From a virus (Duplodnaviria; Caudoviricetes), in the IMG/VR virus record IMGVR_UViG_3300006428_000001, positions 1 to 29,374 of that record: DNA of 29,374 nucleotides, one strand, 5' to 3'. Positions 1-8,014 of the stretch are shown in pieces. The translations under genes and the position numbers were made by a program. The notes under the pieces are model-generated. The model worked only from the letters and a program-made list of their open reading frames with translations. It was not told the origin of the DNA and made no database searches. Numbering within the stretch: the stretch's first letter is position 1; every line of letters begins with the position of its first letter.

Positions 1-5
1 AACTA

Positions 6-1757
6 TTATTGACAATTCCATTTCAATAGATTAATAGACATCAATCTACGGATACCAATCTCACGCCCTGCACGATCAATATTAACATTTGAATCTACAT
101 ACTTATATCTCTTACTATCAAGTAAAAAGTCAGTCGGTATGTACACAGCCAGGTTAAGCTTCATTAGCAAATCATAAATTTCATCGTAGTCAATAGCATT
201 TGATAAATCAGTTAACTTTGGTCGCATAGCACGTGGTTTAAGTCGTTCTGGAAATTTCCCTATTGCTTCGATATTATAATATTTCTCGATGTGTTTTCTT
301 GAACGGGCTATTGTCACACTATCAAGCATGGTAAAGAAATCAAAGTCCAGAGAGCGCAGAAGATTTTCTGTGGTGCGGTCTTCAGGGTCTAGTTTGCTCC
401 ATTTATTAAATGCTGTTTGCGCACCTCGGAATATAATATCTATTGGTTTAGCAGTGTCCAGTTTGTCGTTTATAAGTGATGGATCTCCTTCATATGCAAG
501 TTCAAGTTGATGCCTTAAATCAGAAAAACCATTGTTAACAGGTGTTGCCGAAAGCATGAGCACTTTGGTTTTAATGCCCTGTCTGATCACTTTATTTAAT
601 AATTGCAGATACCGGTTTTCTCTTTTGTTATCACCACGACCTGAATAATCACCACCATTACGGAAATTATGACTTTCATCAATTACAACCAGATCATAAT
701 TACTCCAATTGAGTTTAGACAGATCAATATTACCAGACTTTCCATGCTCTCTTGATAAGTCGGTATGGTAAAGAACATCGTATCTTAACCGGTCAGCTGC
801 AATTGGATTGTTGAGATAGTTTTCTTTAAATGTGAACCAGTTGTCGCCAAGCTTCTTCGGGCAAAGCACAAGAACATTTCGATTTCGCAACTCATAATAT
901 TTAATAACACCTAGCGCAGTAAAAGTTTTACCTAAACCAACGCTGTCTGCTAGGATGCAGCCATTAAAGTTTTCCAACTTATTAATAATTGCAAGAACAG
1001 CATCCTGCTGGAAATCATATAGCTTTTTCCATATTTTTGTTTCTTTAAATCCTGTAGCCTCATTGGGCAGTACATCTTCATTAATGTCCTCTAAGAACTC
1101 ATTGAAAATATTATAAATAGCAACGAAATATACAAACTCAGGTGAGTTCTCATTATAAGCAGCTGTGATGCCATCAATCACCTGGTCTGTTACGTCCTGC
1201 ATAAGATTTTTGTCATTCCAAATCCGATCAAACATTTTCACATATTCATCTGCAAGAGGTGTATCGATTCGATTGACAAGGTTCATAATGTTGTTTCCAC
1301 GTTCACAACCTAGATCTGCAGTGGTAAATGAGTTTAGTGGCGAATAAGCTATAGATTCGTCAGGCTTTACCACGCTCAGAAAACTTCCAATAGAACCACC
1401 TGTTACGTTAGAACGAAAGTTAACCTTCTTTTTAATCCATTCTGCACATTCACGAGCGATCGCCTTTTGATTTAGTTCATTTCGCAATTTGACTTCAAAC
1501 TCTGTTCCATACAAAGAACGCTCTCGATTAAGCTGCGGAATATAGAACTCACGCTTTTCTCTGGAAGTTTTCTCATTCAGAAATGTTGGAGAGGTAAAAA
1601 TAAAGCGCAATTCTTCCACGCCATCTAGTTGCTTTCTCAAAGCTTCATAAGCATAAATTGAAAAGCAGGCTGCAGCTATTGAAATTTTATCCCCTTTTGA
1701 GACTGTCTTTGACAGATCGTCTTTCACGGTTTTATTTACATTATCGAGAACTTGCAT
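6..1757 (-). pseudogene. SNF2-related SF2 helicase with degenerate PLD-like N-terminal domain, apparently C-terminally truncated (583 aa)
   Basis: Walker A LADSVGLGKT, DESH box and motif III LSATP are present; the second RecA lobe is missing. The protein ends ...SINLLKWNCQ*. ATG at 1757 follows a GAGGGGG RBS. As I recall, this family is about 1000+ aa and often precedes type III RM genes. Confidence 0.7.
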
Positions 1758-1791
1758 ATCTTTCCCCCTCAATTTTTAGATTAACTATTAT

Positions 1792-1983
1792 TTACTCTAT
1801 CTCAGCACTTTTACCACTCTCTACCCAAGCATCAACTTCAGATATTTTAAACTTGTACTGTTTCCCTACTCTACGGTATGGTATTACATCTTTTTTTATC
1901 CAATTTCGAATTGTATCTTTGCTTACACCGAGATGTTCAGCGATTTCTTCAAGGCTTGACCATCTTTCAGGTTCATTAGTCAT
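1792..1983 (-). CDS. Small excisionase-like (HTH_17/MerR-type) DNA-binding protein
   Basis: WSSLEEIAEHLGVSKDTIRNWIKK...IPYRRVGKQYKFKISEVDAW is a typical Xis-like winged HTH; GGGAGG RBS upstream. Confidence 0.9.
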   Translation of the reverse strand: MTNEPERWSSLEEIAEHLGVSKDTIRNWIKKDVIPYRRVGKQYKFKISEVDAWVESGKSAEIE

Positions 1984-2078
1984 TTTCGTTCCTCCCTATT
2001 AAATAAAAAGACAATTTTGTAATGCTGATTTTCATCGCAATTTCGTATATTAATTTTGCACTCATAGGCTATACCAAT

Positions 2079-4919
2079 CTAAAACAAATCAAAAAGGCTA
2101 TCTCCGGTTGGTTTTTGCTTCGATTGAAGTTCGTATAGATATTCTCTCATCTGAACATAGCTTTTTTTAGCATCAAACCCATCATCATCAAGGCATTTTA
2201 TTAACTCTGAATATTTTGATGGATTTCCACGTACTTCTTCAACATCAATCTCATATACCCAACCGACAACATCAGGATCTCCGTACTCATACTTATAATC
2301 CAAGTCCACATCATCAGCATTTACGAGGGTTTCGCTCTCGTCTTCATCTATCACGTATACATACTCATTTGTAACCAAGGAATCGTAATGTGGAAAATTC
2401 TCGCATTTTACAGACCATAAATCATTTATTTGTTGTATAAAATCAAACAAGTAGGATTCTGATGAGTTGGATACATATTCATCGGTTTCACCTTTTTCAT
2501 ATCTCAGTATAGGATACATTTTTTCTAAGAATGTCCAATAACCCTCTACTTGATCACATTCTTTATAGAGATCAGTTAAAAAGGGAAGAAAAATATACTC
2601 CTCTACCTTATCAGGTATCATATCGTAAAGCATGTTGAAAGTCTTATCACCAAACATACGACTACGCCTGTTCTCAAAAAAATTTCCAATGCTCTCTAGA
2701 GTTTTGTCCTTCTGTTTTGAAAAATACAAGGCACAGAAATACTCTTGAAATGATCTGTGTGTAAAATGATACTTTCCGCTCTCAAAGTACATTAGACACA
2801 TGTTAGAGCATAGGTCATATAGATAATCACTTGCAGTGGTCGTATTGTCTCCTGTTTTTTCCCGCTCTTTTAATAGATAGTAGTATTTCGAAAACTCTTC
2901 TTCAGTTAACTCAAATTTTTCATCATGATATGAGCGTGAACAGATTTCAGCAAAATAGTCTGCAAATCTATCAGCACTTAATCCAGTTTTTAGAGTTCTT
3001 TTATAGGCCCCTTTGCTGGCGTCGTGTTTTACGGCTAACGCCCCAAATGCCTCTCTATAAAACACATGCATTTTTGAAGGAACTTCTGCATACTGCTCAA
3101 ATGTTAGCAACATAATAGTTAACAAAAGTGGGTTTTCAATAAATGCTCTATGAGTCCGATGTAAATTGTCCTCCAGTTCATTTCGAAACTTCTCTTTAAT
3201 AATTGGTTCATCCGTCCTGAATTCTAAGTTGTCAATTAGCTTTAATGCTTGCTTTTTAGAAAATGGTTTTAGCTGCAAAACAGTAAATCGTGAGTACGAT
3301 ACAAAAGATTGGTAAGGTCGTGAAGAAATCACAAAGAAATTATTTGGATACATATCCGTGAAAGACTCTAAATCTCTCTCAAATCTCTTTGCACTCGCAG
3401 ATCCAACCTCATCTAATCCATCAAACAATAACAAGCACTTGCCTTTGTTTAGCGCATCTTCAAACTGCTCTTCTGTGATTTCATTGCAAAGACTAGTGAT
3501 TTTCGAATACGCATATTCAAATAGAGTATCAAACATCTCATCAAAGTCTTTTAGTGGAATAAATACTGGAACCATGAATATTTCTTCATAGTTTTCTACA
3601 GCATTTAACAACAAGTGTCTCATCATCATAGATTTACCTAGCCCGCCAGTTCCGGCAAGTATTACAAAACGGGAGCATTTTGAAAGACTGTCCACTGTAA
3701 CATTTCCTATTGTAGACAATCTATATGAAGTTCCAAATCTTCCATGCTCGGGGATTCGTCGTTCAATGTCGTTACAAACGTAGAAATCATAAAACGGTTT
3801 TGGCTGGTCATTATATAAGAGCGTCTTTATTGAGCTATATTTATCTTTCGCACTTTGAATATATTTTTTGAAGTTTGGCTTAATTGGCTTTCGATATATT
3901 TCAGTTTCAGAAGTTGGTGACACTTGCCTAAACGTAATATAACAGTCCACTTCTTTTACGATTTTTCCAAATATATCGCTAGCATTATCAACCGATAGAT
4001 TTGAACGACTTCTAATCATAATCTCTTCCCAATCTTTATACAGGCTGGTGATATTATCAATAAAAGTTTTCATCTCACCTGTCACATTATCCTGAGATCG
4101 CCCTAAGCGAACAGTCTCAAGTAAAGCAGTATAAAAAGACTCCCAATCATCTTTGTTGATTTTACGAGTAGCATTCTTGCCTAAACTATCTACAATCAAC
4201 TGCATTGTATCCTCTAATACATCAACTTGCTGATCAAATGAATTATCTGACTTGATCAGGTAGGTTTCCTCATATATTTCTAATCCAGAAGGCACCACAA
4301 GTTCTTTATTGGTATGGTCTACCACATTAATCTTTCTTGTATTCTTTAATTCACTTATATACTGGAGTGTCAATCCCTTGACGGTTTCCTTGCCGACAGT
4401 ATTCATGACTCCGGCAGCAGTAGTGTAAAGAAATACCCCAGCTAAAAATTCATCCAACGCAAAATCGCCCTGTGAAAGCAGGGCGTTTTTTGTTTGTCCA
4501 ATATATTTTTCAAAACTCAGTTTCTTTTCACCATCAAGCACACTATCTCTCTCAATGATATCAAGCAACACAAGAACGACTAGCTCTTTTTTGTCTTCAT
4601 CTAGTAATGGAATTACATCCTCTCTAAACCTCTGCACTACTTTATTTTTATCAGCTCTTTGGGAAGCATTTATTACATTGCTGATGCTTTCACCATTGTT
4701 CTTTATGGCAGCACTTCCACTATCACTGATATTACCGTTCGAAAGATTCCCCGTACAGCTAAAGAGTCGTGATACTGCTGATGCATTATTTTGGTGTATG
4801 TATTGGCAAGTCGGATCTACAGTCCGCGTCATCGTCCCCAAAAGCACATAACCAAAAACACTTTCTATTTTGCACAATCGAAGAACCTGTGCAAATGTCC
4901 CAAAACACAGTCTTGTCAT
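2079..4919 (-). CDS. NACHT (STAND/NLR-like) NTPase with a long uncharacterised N-terminal region, 946 aa
   Basis: Walker A GTGGLGKS, Walker B LLLFDGLDE, sensor ISSR, NPLLLTIM and winged-helix FTHRSFQEYF. ATG at 4919 (MTRLCFGTF) follows an AAGGGAG RBS. Confidence 0.9.
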   Translation of the reverse strand: MTRLCFGTFAQVLRLCKIESVFGYVLLGTMTRTVDPTCQYIHQNNASAVSRLFSCTGNLSNGNISDSGSAAIKNNGESISNVINASQRADKNKVVQRFREDVIPLLDEDKKELVVLVLLDIIERDSVLDGEKKLSFEKYIGQTKNALLSQGDFALDEFLAGVFLYTTAAGVMNTVGKETVKGLTLQYISELKNTRKINVVDHTNKELVVPSGLEIYEETYLIKSDNSFDQQVDVLEDTMQLIVDSLGKNATRKINKDDWESFYTALLETVRLGRSQDNVTGEMKTFIDNITSLYKDWEEIMIRSRSNLSVDNASDIFGKIVKEVDCYITFRQVSPTSETEIYRKPIKPNFKKYIQSAKDKYSSIKTLLYNDQPKPFYDFYVCNDIERRIPEHGRFGTSYRLSTIGNVTVDSLSKCSRFVILAGTGGLGKSMMMRHLLLNAVENYEEIFMVPVFIPLKDFDEMFDTLFEYAYSKITSLCNEITEEQFEDALNKGKCLLLFDGLDEVGSASAKRFERDLESFTDMYPNNFFVISSRPYQSFVSYSRFTVLQLKPFSKKQALKLIDNLEFRTDEPIIKEKFRNELEDNLHRTHRAFIENPLLLTIMLLTFEQYAEVPSKMHVFYREAFGALAVKHDASKGAYKRTLKTGLSADRFADYFAEICSRSYHDEKFELTEEEFSKYYYLLKEREKTGDNTTTASDYLYDLCSNMCLMYFESGKYHFTHRSFQEYFCALYFSKQKDKTLESIGNFFENRRSRMFGDKTFNMLYDMIPDKVEEYIFLPFLTDLYKECDQVEGYWTFLEKMYPILRYEKGETDEYVSNSSESYLFDFIQQINDLWSVKCENFPHYDSLVTNEYVYVIDEDESETLVNADDVDLDYKYEYGDPDVVGWVYEIDVEEVRGNPSKYSELIKCLDDDGFDAKKSYVQMREYLYELQSKQKPTGDSLFDLF

Positions 4920-4932
4920 AATTTTTCTCCCT

Positions 4933-4972
4933 TGCAACTCATAAGCAAGTGAATGCAACTCACTGCAAATGA
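4933..4972. repeat. Four phased 9-bp direct repeats (consensus GCAAnT[C/G]A), candidate operator
   Basis: TGCAACTCA 4933, AGCAAGTGA 4944, TGCAACTCA 4954, TGCAAATGA 4964; spacing 11, 10 and 10 bp in the divergent intergenic region. Confidence 0.55.
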
Positions 4973-5016
4973 GAAGTATATTCCGCTCAATTTCGAAGCA
5001 AATCCCTATGAAAGTA

Positions 5017-5056
5017 AGCTGATGCCAGGAGTTCTGGTATCGGCTTTTTTTATTTT
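5017..5056 (+). terminator. Intrinsic terminator-like hairpin upstream of the sigma-like gene
   Basis: AGCTGATGCCAG-GAGTT-CTGGTATCGGCT (12-bp stem with 2 G-U pairs) followed by TTTTTTATTTT. Confidence 0.7.
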
Positions 5057-5139
5057 GAAATAAAAGCAGTTCCTACTAATTCCTATTAATTCATCTTAAC
5101 ACAAATTATTTTCAATTGTCAATCAAAGGAGGAAATCAA

Positions 5140-5688
5140 ATGAAAAACAGTACAAATCAAAGTCAACCAAAGAACAAGGATTTCTATGATGGTGCGTGGC
5201 ACCTAACAATCAACAATCAAGTCATTGAAGTCAACGAAGAGGTCTATCGGGCTTATAAGCAACCTTTATGGGCAGAGAAAAAACGCCAAGAACGTGAGAA
5301 ACGCTGCATTATCAGTGATGGCAAAGGTAGCGCAAAAAGATGTACTCGAAACTGCCGTGAATGTGATATTGAACGCGCTGAAAAAGGTTTAAAACTAATG
5401 GATCGAAATGGCAGTACCCTCTCACTGGACAAGTTTAGTGATGATGGTTTCGATGTTCCTGATTTAGTAAATACTGATGAGCTTGTAGAGGACAAGCTGC
5501 TTCTTGATGAACTCTTTGCCGCCCTGGATGAACTTGACCCGGAGAATCGCCGTATCGCTGAACTCTTCAGCATGGGAAAAACCGAACGTGAAATTGCAAA
5601 ATATATCGGTTGCTCTCAAAAGACTGTTAACAATCGAAAACCTAAGATCTTTGCCCAACTAAGAGAAGCATTAAAAGATTGGAAATAA
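5140..5688 (+). CDS. Sigma-70 region 4 (ECF-like) transcription factor with Cys-rich insertion
   Basis: C-terminal ALDELDPENRRIAELFSMGKTEREIAKYIGCSQKTVNNR is a region-4 HTH. A C-x10-CxxxCxxC cluster lies upstream. AAGGAGG RBS precedes ATG 5140. Confidence 0.85.
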   Translation: MKNSTNQSQPKNKDFYDGAWHLTINNQVIEVNEEVYRAYKQPLWAEKKRQEREKRCIISDGKGSAKRCTRNCRECDIERAEKGLKLMDRNGSTLSLDKFSDDGFDVPDLVNTDELVEDKLLLDELFAALDELDPENRRIAELFSMGKTEREIAKYIGCSQKTVNNRKPKIFAQLREALKDWK

Positions 5689-5692
5689 TTCA

Positions 5693-5736
5693 TTACTCAA
5701 AATGCCCTCTGGTGTCCTGTGGATATCAGAGGGCAT
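5693..5736 (+). promoter_or_regulatory. Conserved motif copy 1: TTACTCA-N13-TGTCCTGTG
   Basis: TTACTCA 5693-5699, TGTCCTGTG 5713-5721; overlaps a 16-bp stem (5702-5736). Confidence 0.6.
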
Positions 5737-5760
5737 CATAAAAACTATTTTTCAAAGTAA

Positions 5761-5816
5761 TTACTCAAACTTCTCACTTTTGTCCTGTGAAGGTTGAGGG
5801 GAACAAAACAGCCCTC
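5761..5816 (+). promoter_or_regulatory. Conserved motif copy 2: TTACTCA-N13-TGTCCTGTG
   Basis: TTACTCA 5761-5767, TGTCCTGTG 5781-5789; followed by a GAGGG...CCCTC hairpin and a GGAGG RBS. Confidence 0.6.
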
Positions 5817-5833
5817 GGAACGGAGGTTAAACA

Positions 5834-6010
5834 ATGCAGAATCAAGCAAACCAAACTGACACTCAGAGCCGGGATCCTGAAATGGATGAAGAGCTGGCCG
5901 ATGTTCTTACCGCCATCAGCGTAGTGTCAAAGCGACTTGCTAAGAAGCTTACAACGCTATCGCAGCAAGAGAAAGAAAAAGGAGGAAAACCAGATGGGCA
6001 AAATGAGTGA
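5834..6010 (+). CDS. Small helical phage protein, 58 aa (not in the ORF track)
   Basis: GGAGG RBS, then MQNQANQTDTQSRDPEMDEELADVLTAISVVSKRLAKKLTTLSQQEKEKGGKPDGQNE*; overlaps the start of the next gene. Confidence 0.75.
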   Translation: MQNQANQTDTQSRDPEMDEELADVLTAISVVSKRLAKKLTTLSQQEKEKGGKPDGQNE

Positions 6011-6308
6011 ACTCTCTCTATTAGTTAAAGAGCTGAACCAATGTGGTGAAACGCTGATAGGCATATCTCAGTCTCTTTCCAGCATGTTCAGTAGTAGCGA
6101 TGAACCAACACCAGCTAAATCAGCACCAGAAGAAAAGGCCATAACACTTGAAGAAGTTAGAGCGGTTCTGGCTGAAAAAAGTCGATATGGCCATACAGCA
6201 ATAATTCGTGAGCTACTTCAAAAGTATGGCGCTGATAAGCTATCAGAAATTAATGCTTCCGATTATCCAGCACTCCTAGCAGAAGCTGAGGTACTTGGAA
6301 ATGGGTAA
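5994..6308 (+). CDS. Conserved phage hypothetical protein, 104 aa
   Basis: AAGGAGG RBS before ATG 5994. The ITLEEVRAVLAEKSR...LLQKYGADKLSEI C-terminal motif is typical of the gene before DUF2800. Confidence 0.85.
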   Translation: MGKMSELSLLVKELNQCGETLIGISQSLSSMFSSSDEPTPAKSAPEEKAITLEEVRAVLAEKSRYGHTAIIRELLQKYGADKLSEINASDYPALLAEAEVLGNG

Positions 6309-7422
6309 GCATGCACTTCTTTCAGCCTCTTCATCTCATAGGTGGTTAAACTGTCCTCCTTCTGTCAGGCTCAGTGAGTCTTATGAAGATAAAGGAAGTA
6401 GCTACGCTGCTGAAGGCACCGATGCTCATATCCTATGTGAGTACAAATTAAAAGTTGCTCTTGGACTCTCAGGCAAGGATCCAACAGAGAATCTCACCTA
6501 CTACAGTGAAGAGATGGAAGAATGTGCGAATGGCTATGCAGCTTTCATTCTTGAGCTGGTAGAAGCTGCAAAAGAAAAATGTGCGGACCCGGTTGTTCTG
6601 ATAGAACAAAGGCTTGACTTCTCTAAGTATGTTGAAGGCGGCTTTGGGACCGGAGATTGCTTGATCATCGCTGATTCCCAGATCCACGTATGCGACTACA
6701 AGCATGGACAGGGAATTTTAGTTGAATCCGAAGACAATCCGCAGATGAAGCTCTATGCACTGGGTGCCCTAGAAATCTTCGATGGAATCTATGACATCGA
6801 CACGGTTTCCATGACTATCTATCAGCCTCGTAGAAACAACATATCCACCCACACAGTATCTAAAGAATCCTTATACACATGGGCTAATGAAGTTCTTAAA
6901 CCAACTGCAGAGCTGGCCTTTGCTGGTGAAGGGGACTTCAAGTGTGGTGATTGGTGTGGGTTTTGCAAAGCAAAGCACGAATGCCGCACCAGAGCTGAGT
7001 ACAACATGGAGCTTGCCAAATACGACTTCAAGATGCCCCCTCTACTCGATGATTATGAGGTTGAAGACATCCTAAGTAAAATCGATGGTCTAATCTCTTG
7101 GGCATCAGATATCAAAGATTACGCACTGCAATCAGCAGTCAGCGGAAAGCAGTGGAACGGATGGAAGCTGGTCGAAGGACGCTCCAATCGAAGATACACT
7201 GATGAAACTGCGGTTGCTAAAGCCGTCAGCGCAGAAGGTTTTGATCCATATGAACAAAAGCTTCTTGGCATTACTGCCATGACCTCTCTTATCGGTAAGA
7301 AGCGATTTGAGGAAGTTCTAGGAAGCTACATTGAAAAGCCTCAAGGGAAACCAACACTGGTTCCTGAGAGTGACAAACGTCCGCCAATTAATACAGCACA
7401 ACACGATTTTAATGAAATTTAA
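6301..7422 (+). CDS. DUF2800 Cas4-like PD-(D/E)XK exonuclease
   Basis: HALLSASS...C, GT.AH, FGTGD, DYKHG and QMKLYALG motifs; C-terminal WCGFC...C cluster (Fe-S-like). Confidence 0.88.
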   Translation: MGKHALLSASSSHRWLNCPPSVRLSESYEDKGSSYAAEGTDAHILCEYKLKVALGLSGKDPTENLTYYSEEMEECANGYAAFILELVEAAKEKCADPVVLIEQRLDFSKYVEGGFGTGDCLIIADSQIHVCDYKHGQGILVESEDNPQMKLYALGALEIFDGIYDIDTVSMTIYQPRRNNISTHTVSKESLYTWANEVLKPTAELAFAGEGDFKCGDWCGFCKAKHECRTRAEYNMELAKYDFKMPPLLDDYEVEDILSKIDGLISWASDIKDYALQSAVSGKQWNGWKLVEGRSNRRYTDETAVAKAVSAEGFDPYEQKLLGITAMTSLIGKKRFEEVLGSYIEKPQGKPTLVPESDKRPPINTAQHDFNEI

Positions 7423-7435
7423 GGAGGAAAATCAT

Positions 7436-8014
7436 ATGTCCAATAATGCAAACAAATCAAACAGCAACCCCATGAAGGTTATCACAGGTCCTGACACTCG
7501 CTGGTCTTACGCCAATGTCTGGGAAGCAAAGTCCATCAACGGTGGCATTCCAAAGTTCTCGGTATCCCTCATCATTCCTAAATCAGATACTGCAACTGTA
7601 GCAAAAGTCAAAGCTGCCATTGAGGCTGCTTACCATGAAGGTGAAGCAAAGCTTAAAGGCAACGGAAAGTCTATTCCACCTCTTACAAGTATCAAAACGC
7701 CTCTCAGAGACGGAGATTTGGAAAGACCAGACGATCCAGCCTATGCCAATGCCTATTTCATCAATGCCAACTCTGCTACCGCCCCAGGAATTGTAGACGC
7801 TGATAGAAATGTTATCCTTACTCGCTCCGAAGTTTACAGCGGTGTTTACGGTAGAGCAAGCATCAACTTCTATGCCTTCAACAGCAATGGAAACAGAGGA
7901 ATCGCCTGCGGTTTAAATAATCTACAAAAAGTCAGAGACGGTGAGCCTCTTGGTGGAAAGTCCAGGGCTGAGGACGATTTCGCCACTGACCTTGATGAGG
8001 ATTTCCTGTCTTGA
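7436..8014 (+). CDS. DUF2815 phage single-stranded DNA-binding protein (T7 gp2.5-like)
   Basis: RWSYANVWE, KFSVSLIIPK, VYSGVYGR and GLNNLQK motifs; acidic tail DDFATDLDEDFLS; AAGGAGG RBS. Confidence 0.9.
   Translation: MSNNANKSNSNPMKVITGPDTRWSYANVWEAKSINGGIPKFSVSLIIPKSDTATVAKVKAAIEAAYHEGEAKLKGNGKSIPPLTSIKTPLRDGDLERPDDPAYANAYFINANSATAPGIVDADRNVILTRSEVYSGVYGRASINFYAFNSNGNRGIACGLNNLQKVRDGEPLGGKSRAEDDFATDLDEDFLS

Noticed and set aside
1792-1983. HTH protein as the prophage excisionase marking an att boundary
   Set aside because: No integrase or att-like repeat nearby; the fold is also common as a regulator in defence operons.
5121-5222. Recurring AATCAA words around the sigma-like start
   Set aside because: Irregular spacing in A-rich sequence, partly explained by Asn-Gln codons.
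6301-7422. Cas4-like nuclease as evidence of a CRISPR system
   Set aside because: No repeat-spacer array or other cas genes; DUF2800 is a normal member of this replication module.
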